NCBI GenBank assembly: GCA_951406725.2 | Contig: OX597815.1 | Coordinates: forward strand, 114,080,001 to 114,144,000 | Length of the DNA: 64,000 nt | Source of the DNA: Octopus vulgaris | Lineage: Eukaryota | Direction of reading: 5' to 3' | Part shown: positions 38,138 to 52,300 of the stretch, piece by piece | Numbering within the stretch: position 1 is the first letter of the stretch | Layout of the letters: each line of letters opens with the position of its first letter | Position numbers and translations under genes: made by a program | Notes under the pieces: generated by a model | Database searches by the model: none | Seen by the model: only the letters and a program-made list of their open reading frames with translations | Told to the model about the DNA's origin: nothing

Positions 38138-40530
38138 ACCAGCTTCATTTCTCTCAAGCCTATGCATGTCCTCGGCTGTTAAAGCCTTTGTTTCACTGCC
38201 ATGCAGCATAGCTGTTTGCACACAGGCATCAAACAATGTCTTACACTTTGAGAGAAAGGCCCTTTGTGGCCAGTAGGCATAGGAGTTCTCTGAATTTTGC
38301 CCAGCCTAATCTTATTCTCACAGCTACACTCTCGGAACAACCACCTCCACTGCTAACCTGATCGCCTAGTTAACGGAAGCTAGCTACTACCTCTAGGTTT
38401 CCCCCTGGCAGTTGTGGAGTCTATTTTCCACACATGTTCAGCATTTAAGATGCTTGTGCACCTTCCACATACAAAAGTTAGTTTCTGTTAACTTTCCTTT
38501 GATGTTGCTGCACCTTTTATGTGTCCAAAGTTTACACTGGGTGCATCTTATGGTGTTTCTACCTACACCTTTTAGCAGGGCCATCTACTTGGCAGGATTT
38601 GTGATTTGTCTGCCTTCCTACTTACTATGACTTTGGTTTTTTCTAAGGCCCTTTGATTCTAGATCTTGTCTCCATACCTGGAACTTCTCTAGCTCATGTA
38701 TTGAATTAGTTATAAGAGCAAGGTCATCAGCATAGAGGAGCTCCCAGGGGCAGCCTGTCTTGAATTTCTCTGTTGTTCCCTGGAGGACTATGATGAACAA
38801 GAGGGGGCTGAGCACCAATCCTTGGTGAACCCCTACTTATACCCTGAATTCTTTGCTGTACTCATTGCCTACCCTCACCTTACTGGCAGTGTCATTGTAC
38901 AAGGCTTGAACAGCTCTCACCAATCACTCATCTATCCCTAGTTTCCATATTGACCACCAGATAACAGATTAGGGGACTCTGTCAAAAGCTTTCTCTAAGT
39001 CAACAAAAGCCAAGTACAGCAGTTTATCTTTGGCTAGGTATTTCTCCTGTAATTGCCTTACCAGAAATATAGCATCAGTAGTGCTTCTACTCGTCAAAAA
39101 GTCAAACTGCATCTCATCTAGACTAACTCTCTCCCTGATTAGTTGGGCTATGACTCTCTCCGCAACTTTCAACACCTGATCTGACAATTTGATACCTCTG
39201 TAATTATTTCTATCTAAGACATCACCTTTACCTTTGTAAAGGTGATGCCTTTGTTGACAATGGTGCTGCTATATCAGTTATTGGGTATGACTCCGTCACG
39301 AACCATCTGATTTATAATACAGGTGACTAGACCATAATCCACACTGCCAGATATTTTAAGCATCTCAGCAGTGATTCCTGATGGGCTGGGGGCTTTCCCT
39401 GTCTTCATATCTTTAATTGCTTTATCTACTAGGGTACTGTCAGTTCAGATACCTGGTCCCTCAGTCGGGTCAACATTTGGCAGACTCTCCTCCTCCCATT
39501 CATTCTCCATGTTCAGTCTTTCATAATGGCATCTCTAAGCCTCTTTCTTTGCAGACTCATTAAAAGCAAGTGCACTATCATCCATGCAGACATATTTCTC
39601 TCCTATGACATCAGAATTTTCTCTCACACTGTCCAAAATACCTGTTCTTTAGTCCTCACGGCACTAAACATAGGCAAACTTCTTCTTTTCTGCTTCTCCC
39701 TTGGCTAGATATACTTGTCTCCTAGCTTCCCTTCTGGCTATCTGATACAGTTCCCTGCTCCCCCACTCTTCCAGGCCTGTTTCTTTGCTCTAATGGCCCT
39801 GTCTACGGTACTGTTCCACCACCACATTACCCTGGGTCTGGAAGGGGTTTTGCACCAGCCACAGATTTGGTCTGTGGCATTCAGCAAGCTATCCCGCAGG
39901 AATTCCCAGTTGCCTTCTATGTCACAAGTTTGTAGCTGCTCCTCCCTCTCATCATATTTCTCAATTAGGATGTCCCTAAATCTCTGACCATATGACAGAT
40001 CCTTCTTTTCCAGATTGGTCTGCTTCTTGGCATCATAGTTTCCTGAAGTTGGTGTTGCAGATTAAAAGGATATTTGCATCACAGAACTCCAGTAGCCTTG
40101 ATCCCTCTTTGTTTCAGGAACCAATTCCATGGCCCCCATGGTAGATACTGGGTTGCCGTCCGACATGCTCATTGAAACCCCAGCCACAAAGATGAGATTG
40201 TCACTTGTCTTGGAGGTAGCCTGCAGAATATCATAAAAGTGGTCCTTCTATTCATTTGGTAGGCCCACTTGTGGGGTGTAGGCAGATGTAATTGTAGCTA
40301 TACTATTCTGCAAGACTAGCCTGAGCTTAAGTACTCTATCACATACTCTAAATACCTCTAAGACCATATCCACCTATTTCTCAGCTAGGAGTATGCCCAC
40401 ACCACCTACTCTGTCGCTATTACCTTCCCAGAAGATTTTATACCTTTGTGTCTTGTTTGTGAGGAACCTGGTTGAAGCTCCTCTCCACCTAACCTCTTGG
40501 ATGCAACATACATTTACAGTGCCAACTCTG
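38138..40530 (-). mobile_element. Decayed RTE LINE ORF (APE endonuclease plus RT)
   Basis: CCIQEVRW, SAYTPQVG, KAPSPSG, NYRGIKL, LAFVDLEKAFDRVP and ELLYADDLAL motifs across frameshifts. Confidence 0.9.
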
Positions 40531-40571
40531 AAAACTGGGAAAGGAATGTGGGAGAGAACATGGGAAGGAGA

Positions 40572-40745
40572 GCACCTGAAACATACATGTGTGTGTGTAA
40601 TATATATATATATGTATGTATATGTTGTAATCTTTTAGTGTCTTGGATTGTTATTTTGCACCTGAAACATACATGTGTGTGTGTAATATATATATATATG
40701 TATGTATATGTTGTAATCTTTTAGTGTCTTGGATTGTTATTTTGC
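40572..40745. repeat. Perfect 86-bp tandem duplication
   Basis: gcacctgaaacatacatg...ggattgttatttt repeated twice, including identical microsatellite lengths. Confidence 0.85.
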
Positions 40746-41275
40746 TTTTTGATATTGTCATTTTTCTCCCACCTGTCATGACTTCACAACTGTGGCCAAT
40801 CTAGTAACATACTTTTTACCTGGTAACCTTCCTCTCTTACTCTTCCTTATTTCTGGAATACTCCTGAAACCTATTTGTTCAGTGCAAGCTTACACATTTA
40901 AATTTTTTTTTCTACAAAGAAAAGCTTTTTTTAAAGACATCAGTGCATGTCTTACCACAATATACAAACTTATCCAAATTTATAAGTGCAGACTATGGTT
41001 CAAGAAGTTCACTTTGCAATTGTGTGATTCTGGTCTCAATTTTATTGTACAGCACATTAGAATAGTGTTTTCTACGATAACTTATAACCAATACCTTGTG
41101 AGAGGAATCTGATAGATGGAAGCAAGATAACTAGTACTAGTTGTAAACACGAAGGTTTATTTACAACATCAAATAAACAACTTCACTCTGTCCTTAAATA
41201 ATGAATTATAAAATTTGAAGTTGACAGTTAATTTTAATTTTTTACAGAGTTGGCCAATCTCTGGCAACCAAAGTC

Positions 41276-41390
41276 TCAATATGTTCTGCGTTTCCGTTTT
41301 CGTTTTGGTTTATGTTTGGTTTTTAATAAGCATTTTGGGCAGAACCATTGGTCTTGTTCTGGAGGCGCTTCTTTTATATTTACACAGGGC
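41276..41390 (-). CDS. TAF3: TAF3 terminal coding exon (PHD end plus basic tail)
   Basis: tttcag|G CCC TGT ... WFCPKCLLKTKHKPKRKRKRRTY*; AATAAA on the minus strand at 41156-41161. Confidence 0.93.
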
Positions 41391-44300
41391 CTGAAAAATA
41401 TTTTTAAAATTTATAAATTTTAGTACTTGCAAAATTTACCATTTGAGTTGCTACATCCAAGTTCAGATCAACATATTGTCATTGTATACATATATTAGTG
41501 ACAAGCAAATTTCAGTTCAGGTTGCAATATTTATAGTTAATAATATCAAACAACAATGTATATATATATTTAAATTTAAAATGAGGGTAAGAAATTAGAT
41601 ATTAATTTAATTAACATTGATTTCACACCAGTGGTCTAGCATATAAAAAATAGTGGTTTCCCTCTAATATGTATATATATATATATAACATAAGTTTGAT
41701 CCCAGTCTGAGATCATATATACATATCTTGGGAAAAAACACCTGGATATGTGTACAGAGTCTTAGGTAAAAAAAAAAAAAAAGCAACTTGATGATGACCA
41801 AAGATCAAATAGACTGAAATTTATTGTAGCTGTAAACTACATAAATGGTCTAGAAAATTATAATCTAAGTAAAATTAGTAGTAATGCAATATTTTTACCA
41901 AGACAATTACAGTTTAACACCTTTATCTTTAATAGCACTTGTAATCATGTAAATATTGTATGTTTACCTGGTTACATTTACAAATATTATTAAAGATAAG
42001 AGTGTTTAATTGTGAGATAGTCTAAGAAAAAATATTCATGAAACTAGTTATCAAGATCATATGAGACTGTATCTGTTACCAAATGGCAAAAAGATGTAAA
42101 AAAAAAATGTAGTTAGGGAGGCCACAGCAATCCTGATAAACCTCTATAGTAAGTACAATTTTTGATCCAGTATGGTACTACAGTACATTAGAAAGCCCTC
42201 AGCTGTATTAAAATGAAAAGCTAGGTTGGTTTAGTTCAGAACTAATTTAGCCAATATACCAATTAGTTACTCCTGTTTTTCCATATTAACTGACATAGAA
42301 TTTTTGCAATTTTGATTTTATGCTTGTTGCAAATATTTTCAGTGCTTGATGCCTTTTTCATTGCTAACCACTCAGTACTGGAGTAAGAGTAAAACTGTTA
42401 AGAGGCAAAGAAATTAGGGTAAACATCGTTCCCAAAAAGCACAACTAAACAGCTATAAGTAGTGCTTCACCTTAAGATTACAAAATCAATTTCATGTAGT
42501 CAATAATAGACCATCTCCAGCAATTAATTGTTAGAGGATTATTCAAATAAATAACGTTGATGTCTCAAGATCTTGTCTAAAGTATTTATCAACAAGTATT
42601 GTTACTAACTGAGAAACTATTGAGTTTCAAGAGAAGATACATGACCGCATCAACCCTAATTAAGAATTACTGAACTTGTTATTGGATGTTTCTAAAGTAG
42701 AATGGCAGAACCAAATCCATTACAGTATTTAGTTTTTACTTCCTCTTGCTTTTAGTAATGTGTTGTAGTCAATACAATTGACTTGACTTTCTTTCAACAA
42801 TATATTCTGTGCCTGAATAAGAATCATTAGTCGTATGATGCATACATACATACCCAGCTGAGATACTTTATGATTTCAGTGCCTATTTTTATTACCTGTC
42901 AAAGTTGACAGTTTAAGTACTAGTAACTTATTAATGTTGATTCAGTTAACTATAATGAGATTTTTTTTTCTTTTGGAGCTCATGGAGATATAGCAATGGT
43001 AGGCAGATATATAGTTGAGTATTTGAAGATTTTAAGCTCAAATCCTATCTTAAACATTATGTCATATTTGTAAGCCAAGAGAAAGATTACATATTGAATA
43101 TTTGATAAGTATCAATCTCAATGCACAAGATTTGCTTTTAGCCATGACTAGCTATTCTCAACTGTAATTCACATTTAAATATCTGTGTGCGTGGGTCTTT
43201 ATCAAAGGATGAAAAGGAAGTCAAGCCTCGCAGGATTTGATGTCAGAATACAGAGGGAGGAATGTAAACACAATAGGCATTATTTAATAAACTAGAAGAG
43301 ATATAACTAAGACACTTACCAATGATACCACTCATCACAATCGTCACATCCAATCATTGGACTGCCATCATCTGGTAATGCACAACCTGGACAAATCCAA
43401 ACCTTTTGTCCATTTTCATCCTAAAAGAACAATTGTTTTGGTTAAACAAAAATATGACCAAAAAAAAAAAAACTATTACATATGACAAAACCTACTATAC
43501 TAAATTTTTACTCTAATTTATAAATACAAATCTTGTATTAGGTAACTTCATATGATTGATCAACCTATTGTAAGAACTGTAACAGCATATAATGATCAAA
43601 ATAATTAATTGCAAACTTCAGTTGAGTACCAATGCAAGTTTCTCTAGAACCAAGGGAGGGCTTGAATGGCAAGCTAACAAAATACCTGTAAAATATTCAA
43701 TAATCATGCTCCTTGCAGTATTTAGTTATACACCCACACCAAGAGCTTACTTAAAGCAAAATAAATTGGATCACCCAGAATTAAGTTTGTTGGCACAGTA
43801 CAGCTCCTATGATGGATACCAACCATTGTTCCTAGAATCAATATTCCAATAGATTATCAATTCTACCAACTGTACCCTCACAATAAGATTAGTCAACTTG
43901 ATTACTAGAAAGTAAATGATTCAAAAAGAAGTTTGTGTTTTCTTACAAAACTTAAAAGTTGAGGCGTTGTATGCAATGTCAGTTTTAATACCCATTTCTT
44001 CATTGTTGTTAGGTAGAACTGAAATGCTTTCACTAGATTTGATTAACATTAATACTTAACATAAAATCTTAAGTTGGATCTTTCACTGTAAGAGATTCAA
44101 GATACTGCAATTTTATATAGGAATTTTTAAAGCTTACTCAAGACCAACAAACATCAAATTTTACTCTCCTTTCTCTTGAAATCTCAACATAAAATAACAA
44201 CATCATCATTGTCCATTTTCCATGTTGGCATAGATTGGACAGTTGGACAGGAAGTGATAAGTCAGAAGATTGCGTCAAGTTCTCTCTGCTTTGGCATGAT

Positions 44301-47300
44301 TTCTATAGCTGGAGACCCTTCTTGATGCCAGCCATTTAACAGAATGTACTGGTTGCTTTTACATGGCACTAGCAGAACTGGCAGGACAAGACCTCTCAAA
44401 TGAGGAGGACAGAAAAAGATATCTTGTATTATAAATTATTGAATTCTAACAATAAAAAAATAAAGCAAGAGACAAGGGGATCATAAACCAAATTTGTTTT
44501 CATTTCAGATCAGAATAATTTACTTTGTCCCAGTTCATCTATCTGTTAGAAATAGAATTAGGTATCAGATTAATTTGGCTAAACCACAAATCAGATTTTT
44601 TTCAATCATCTTAGTTTTGTCACTGGATTTGGACCTAAGTTCTGTATGTGACAGCTTGTGTTTTGTTTTTTTTTAAATAGTCAAAGAGGGAAGGGCAGTG
44701 CCTATGATACTTTATTTTACCAAGGCTTTGAAACTAGCAAGAGAAAGGGAGGAAGTTATCCTCAGACCAAGGATCTGGCTAGAATTTTGCAAGTGCCAAG
44801 TAGTAGTGTTCAATCTGGTGATGGATTAAGTTCATCGCCCAACAACTCAGAATGCAAAGAATCAAAACAAATATCACAAGTCATCTTGTCTGACATTTTC
44901 ACAATTCCACCAATTCACAGCCCCGGACTTGTACTTTATTTTATTAATTCTAAAAGTATGAAAGGCTAAGTTAATGTTAGTAGGATTTGAACTCAGAATG
45001 TAAAGAGCTGAAACAAATGCTGAAAACTATTTTATTTGACACTAAAAAAAAATCTGACAATTCACAGTTTTTAACAAACTATTCTACATTAAACTCAAAT
45101 TACATAGAATATTTATTAACGAGGTATTCTCATCAAAATAGAATGTAGATTTCTTACATTATAATACTTTAATCTCTTACAACAGATACAAGCATGGCTA
45201 TATGGTTATGATGTTTGCTTCATAACTAAGTGGTTTCAGATTGAATCCCATTAATAACACCATGGGCAAATATTTTCTTCTAAAGCTCTAGGCAGTCATG
45301 CCTTGTGAGTGAATTTGGTAGATGAAAATTGTAGGGAGCATGCTGTGTGTGCGCACACAAATGTGCATGAATGCTGACATCCCCACAGTATCACTTGATA
45401 TGATATTTATATACCTTACTGACATTATGACCAATCACACTACTTTCAAAGAGGTGTGAAATAAAAATAATCCCTTACTTGAAAAACAAAGAGGACACTT
45501 TGCCATGAAATTCCTGCCACAGATATATCCTGATCTAATCCATTCTAGCATGGGAGAATGGCAGTTAAACAAACAATAAAATATAAGCTACTCTTAGCCT
45601 CAATACCAAAACAAAATACAGAGCTAAAAATAGTCTTAAATGTACATAAAGTTACACTTACAAAGAATGTTCCCACTGTCTCTGCAAAAACTGAACGTTG
45701 AACAGTTCTTTTCCCAAGTAGAACAGAATTTTCTGAAGGTTCCATAACCATTGTTGACCCCTTTGCATCTAATGGCAGCATAAAAGGTCCATGATCAAGT
45801 GTAGAAGCACCAGCAATCTGCACACTGGTCGTCATTTGACCAGTATTAAAGGCTGGATTTTCTGCTTTTAAGAACTGCTCTTGTGTTAAAGGTGAAGGTA
45901 GTAGTGGAGGTGTCAACAGATTTTCAGGTTGTGCTCGGATGGAATCTGTTAGATTTTCTTTAAAAGATGTAATAGCTGACATGCCAGTTTTTGAATTTTG
46001 GGGGTTCTTAGAAGCTGATCTTGATGGTCTTCCAGTTTTCCCACCTCTGCCTGTATGAGATTTTTGAGTCACTTTAGGAGTGGGCTGAACTTTAGGTACA
46101 GGTGGAGTGTGAAGTTTAGAGATAGGTGTTGGGACAGGAATGGAACTTGGTCGAGACATGTTAGCAATAGGAGTGGAGACGGATGGTAGTAGAGGATTAA
46201 ATGGGTGTGTAAGTGGGTGTGCGATTGGTAATGAGGATAGATGAGATTTGTGTGAAGGAGATGATGGATAAGGAATAGTTGGTGGTGGTGATGAAGGAAC
46301 CTCTACTTTTGGGGGTCGTCCCAGTCTATTTGGAGGTCTGTTGATTTTCATAATTGGTTTTTCTTTTGTTAGAATTGCTTTTTCAGGTTTCATGATAGGC
46401 ATCTTTGCTGTAGGAGTTACCCTTGTCACAGGTGTTCTTGAAGCAACAGCAATATCAGCAGCAGTAACAGGCACTTTTGTCATAGGTGCCTTCTCTACTT
46501 TTGATGGAGTCTTTGTTTTGCTGGCCACTCTTTCTGACTTGACTTTAGCAGGGAGTTTCTCAGTTTTTGTCATGACAGGTTTATTGGCCTTGCTGCCCTT
46601 AGTTCCTTTACCTCTCCCAGCTTTAGCAGTGGTCCTTGGGGAAATATTGCTCACCTTTGTAAAACCCATTTCTTCTTTGAAAAGAGCTCCACCTGCTATG
46701 TTCATTGCTGTCTTATCAAGACTTGTTGGCATCATTACCCTATCAGCTGCTCTCATCATTGGTTTAACTGGAACTTGCTTCTCTGGTTTCATTATAGGAG
46801 GATGCATTTCTCCTACATTGGGGTACATCATTTGTTTTGATCCACTTAGTAGCTTATCTTGTTCAGGAAATTCAGATGGCATCATTGGTGGTGAAAAAGA
46901 TTCCCGTTTGTTAAGAGGATATGCTGCCATTTTTGGACCTTTCTTAACCACTTTCTTGTCAGCCTTTTTCACTGCAGGTTTCTTAACAACAGCTTTCTTT
47001 TTAGGAGCAGGTTTAGTTTTAGGTGTTGGCTTCTCTGGTTTGGGGTTCTTTTCTGCTTTTGCCGGATGAGCTATTGGAGGAGACAGAACTGCTGGTGGAG
47101 TTGTAACTGTTGGTGGCATTGGAGTTCTGATAACCCTGAAATTATATAAAATAATCATTAACAATAAATAAGTAACTGAAAGAGTTCTTTAAAAAATAAT
47201 AAAAATATAAATTTTTCAACTGCAGACGTGGTGAAATCCTTAACATAAATTATAACTGCTCTTTCATAAAAATGAAAACTTCATCACCACAACTAGAAAT

Positions 47301-49143
47301 TATCCAATATCTGTCAAACCAAAGAGGAACCTCTCTATGATGACTTGACCTAACATCTAAATTTTTCTCCAATCAATAACATCTAAATTTTTCTCCAATC
47401 AAAACCAAGCTTCTTCAAAGGAGAAGGGCATATCTAATGATGTGCTCTTTATTGTTGCTGTTGTTGATGATGATGATGATGTCTGTTGGTAAATTAAAAT
47501 GATTTAATTTTAGTTATGTTCATTCATATTCAAATGACATTTGAAGAGTAAAAATACCCAACTAGCAACCATTTCTGTGTAAAATATCACATAAGTCTGG
47601 TAGTAATATAGGTGTGAGATGTAGTGGAGCTATCTGCTACATGATACCTTTTAAAGTTTCAGGAAAATAAAGTTTGTTGTTCTAGCTATGACCATACCAT
47701 TTTTCTGTATTTTGTATATCAGGGACTATATTATCCAATGTGTCCTTCCTTTAAGTCATCAATTTAGCAATTTCATTGTAGCTCCTAGAGCTACAATGAT
47801 GCTTTTATCTTATTTTTATGGCTTAGTTAAGAGGATGGGGGCAGTGTCCAAACTACGTGCAGACCTTCCTAGATGGGTGAGATTTGAGTAGGTTATGTTC
47901 AGTTTCAAAATTTTCTATGTCACTGTCCATAGGATATTATGTTAAAAGGGAATAATTCTAGAGGGTTGATGTTCTGAAAGTGACAGATTGCACATAGTGG
48001 TTATTGCAGAGTCTGAGAGAGGAGAGAAGTAAGAAACAGGTGGATATGCAGCTAGAAGCAGAGGTTAATGGTATCATTACCATCACCATTTATCATTCAT
48101 GCTGGCATAGGTAGGACAGTCTGATAGGAACTGATGTGTTCAAGGATTGCACTGAGCTCCAATGCATGGCTTTTATGGCTGGATGTCCTTCCTAATGCCA
48201 GCCACTTTACAGCATGGACTGGCTGCTTTTTATGTGTCACCCACATGGTCTAAGTTACCATGCAGTTTGCAGAACTACAAGACTTGGGGGTAAGTGGTGG
48301 GTCAGTTTCATGCTAGTGGACAAGGAGATTACTATGAGAGAGGTAGGGCAGAGCAGGTCACTGCAGAGGGATCTGCATGGCTATTCAACAAAAATTAAAA
48401 AAATGTGGGGAGGGAGGGGAGAATGAGCAAAGGAGCTACAAGACATAGATAATGGTGACAAGGTGCTCAGGTTGGCAAATAGAAAATACAGTATGTCTGT
48501 GGGCCAGAGATTGTAGTTCACACACATTTAAATCAATTCAAATAACTTTGGGATATATTTGACTTGCACAAAGGTTGTTTTCACTGTCATTTGCTGCTGA
48601 GGACAACTCTTGTTAAAAAAAACTAACATTCATTTCATGAACCCCTCTGATGGAGCAGGGATGCATTTCTTGCTTCTTGACTATCATCAGCATCATTTTC
48701 TCCAAGAATAACAATTGTGAAATAACAGTGCTATACAGCAAATCAATATCAAAACTATACAGCAAATCAATATCAAAACATGAACTGGTTGTTCAGTTTT
48801 CATCAAACAAAAGTCTGCCAGTTGAACCATATCTCATTAAGACATCAGGATAAAAAAATTAATGGATTATCTTCAGAATATAGGCAAATGATAAACTAGG
48901 TTCACATAAGAGAGTGAAACATAATAAAAATCTACCGAGTGAATATATAAGTGTTTAAGTATGTACATAAGTGTATTAACATATTCACATATAAACTTAT
49001 GCACATATTATTAACTGAGGAGCTGCAAGGACACATAGATCTAAAGTGACTGAAATCATTGAAGCTCCTTGTCTAATAAGAAAAAATAGAAATATTTTAT
49101 TCTGTGAGTTCTATTCCTCCCAGTTATAAAAGTATATTATATA

Positions 49144-49188
<45 letters not shown>

Positions 49189-49292
49189 GTATACCTTGGT
49201 TCTAGAATAGGTACACAGTGTTCACATATTATAAGAAGTGATGATGGAAAAGCATAGGTATAAAACAATGATGATGAAAACATACACATTTA

Positions 49293-49350
<58 letters not shown>

Positions 49351-52300
49351 TATTGTGTGTGTATCCTCAATTTTAGAACAGATGCATCATATTCCCTGCA
49401 TATCAAATAAGGTGACTAAAAAGTTGATGTCAGAAGGGCATCCAACCATAAACACTGCCTCAAAATACTCCATCAGTACAAATCTGCATGGAAAAGTAGC
49501 ATAAATCAGTGATAAGCAACATACGCACACACACACACACACACAGACATACATATATACATAAACAAAATTCAATTGATACTAACAGCCTTGGAATTTC
49601 AGGTCTTGATAAAGATGGTGACTGAGGTGGCTCTCGTTTAGCGGCATTGCTAGGTGAACGTTCAGTAATAGAGAGAGAAACAGGTGGTGGAGCAGGTTTA
49701 TTACTTCCTTCATCAGATGCTACTGCAACAGGTGTACTACTGCCAAGTTTGATGTTTAACTTGAGCCGTGGCACTGAAAGTGGTGTTGATATTTGACCAT
49801 CCTGTGGAACAACAGTACACTACAAAAATAAAAAAAATTAAAATTAACAGTGCATTAAACATCCAATGTTAAAAGAAGATCATTTATGATATGCAAAAGA
49901 ATGAAAAATGCAGTGTAACATGTCAATAAGCAGGTCACAGTTCATGCAATGAACATTTTGATACAATACTACATATAATAAATGTTTAAGTGAAGTTAAC
50001 ACTTTGTTTTTTTGGTTATTTTTCCAATGATTAATATGTGTTTTCCACACTGCAATTGTTTTAGTTTCAACTCATGGTCTCAGATAAAATCATTTGCCTC
50101 GCAAATACACCTCCAAAATTAAATTTTGCTTAAGACGAAAATCTGAAATTCTATGACTTTATTTTTTAGTATTATTTTCCTAAATACCAGAAAAACAGCT
50201 AATTTCTCAATGGTTTTCTTTGATTTGGTGAGAAATTAGGGTTAGGGTTTATTTAAATAAAATATTTGCCTGTTGGAATAAAATTTAGTAATCTTGTTTG
50301 CTATTTCATATACTAACATATACTCATTTCTGAGGAAAAAAAAGTTTATGTTGAATATAATCCTACAGGTTCAGAAGTTCACTTCACAATATAGTGGTTC
50401 TGGGTTCGATCCCTGTTTGACACTTTGATCATGTAGCTTGTACTGTAGCCTTGGGTTGATCAATGCCTTGTGAGTGGAAATTGGTGTCCAGAAACTGTAT
50501 AAAAGCCCATCGCATACGTGTGTATGCATGTGCGTGTGCATGTCTGTATCCATATCTCTATCCTTATTTTGATCTGTTTTTATATTTACTGGTGTCAAGT
50601 GAAAATTGTAATTTAGTAGTTCAATAAATAGAGATTGATAAAAAAAGTATCAAACTAAAACAAATACTAAGGTTGATATAATTGAATACATCCTTGAAGA
50701 CAATACCTCAACAGAGACACAGTCCAATTGAACTATGCGAATGAAATAGTTACACTTCCTACAAAAACTCCTAAAAGGGAAGCCAAATGATTTATGTCTG
50801 AAATCTTAAATGACATGTGTCATAATAAATTGGCAAAGTATCTTCAAAAAGTGTCAATCAAAAGCTTTACTTAATTAGTTAACTTCCTTTAAATAATTTC
50901 AGTCCATGCAGAGCTAACAGGGACTATATATCATATGAGTAATGGAGGGTCAAAACAACTCAGATGATGTAATTGAGAAATAGATCAAACAAAGTGAGTT
51001 TAATCTGATATAATACCAAATGTTTAAAAGTTAATTAAACGATGGGCTGGAATAGAGAAAGTGACTGCATAGTTAGGAAGTGTAGAAAATATTGTGAATA
51101 AGTAAAAATTAGCTGAGAAGCTTATCTAAAAGATTTCTTCTTTCTTGTTTCAAGCCTATAGGTGCATTATGCCTGATCTTATTTCTGTTTCAGAAGTGTT
51201 CAAGCAACATAGAATACAAGAGTTGACACTAAATGGGATGTCAATCTATATCAAGATTAACCTCCAGTTGCCATCGGTCCTGGTGCATATTTTCAGCTGG
51301 AAAGACTAGAACAATAAGAAGTGAACAATGTGACACCTGGTTCCAGTTGAACTTATGACCTAAAAATCATGAGCACAATATCTTAACTGCTAGTCCATGT
51401 GCATTCATTTATGAACAATTTAATACTCGAAAATTACTAAGTTGTTAATCTTTGTTTCTACAATGGAAGGGATTAAAAAAAAATTCAAGAAGAGTTATGC
51501 AGAAAATAAACTAGAATATCAATTTTAAATTTTGGCACAAGGTCAGCAATTTTGGGAAAGGGAGTAAGTTGGTTACAGTGACCTCAATGGTACTTACTTT
51601 TTTGATACTGGAAGGATGAAAAGCAAAGTCGACCTCAGTGGAATTTTGAACTCAGAACATAGGGATGGACAAAATACCACTAAGCATTTTGCCTGGTGAG
51701 CTAACAATTTAGCCGGCTGCCTTAATAAGCTAGAATATTAATACTAACAAGGACCCTCCTTTAATAGGTCACTTTTTACAATAAGTAGACTACTGTAAAG
51801 CCATTTGAAAGAATTACTGCTTGGAATGAAGTCATTTAATAAAACTGAATAAAATTACATCACTTACCTGATAATTATCCTCTTTGATTCGTTCTTTATC
51901 CTTTTGCTTTTTCTCTTCTCTTTCTTTTGTTTTCTTCTTTTTCTCCTTGTCTTTCTTTTTGTCTTTCTTTTCCTTCTTGTGTTCTTTTATCTAGAAAATA
52001 AGCACTAAAGTTAGAGGTGACAAATTACCATCAGAGGTAGGCTAATGACTTCAGTAACACAAAAAGTACAGACAAGAATACTCAGCAGACTACAAGGTTA
52101 CTGGTAGAAAGAGTATGGCATTTTGGATATTGGCAGAATAATTACTCTGAAATTAGTGAAATAACCTTTTGGTCTGCAACAATAACTTCAGGAAGCCGTG
52201 ATGCAAATAACCTTCTGATCTACAACACCAACTTCAGGAAGCCAGCCAGCCACCTGATAACCTATCAATCAGGTGACTCTGCTAACCAGATCAATTTCAT

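Noticed and set aside
46341-47069. 242-aa hydrophobic ORF on the + strand
   Set aside because: Antisense shadow of the K/P/T-rich TAF3 exon; same for 54053-54277, 54428-54751 and 55526-55792.
50236-50249. (TTAGGG)2 telomere-like motif
   Set aside because: Only two units; expected by chance or within repeats.
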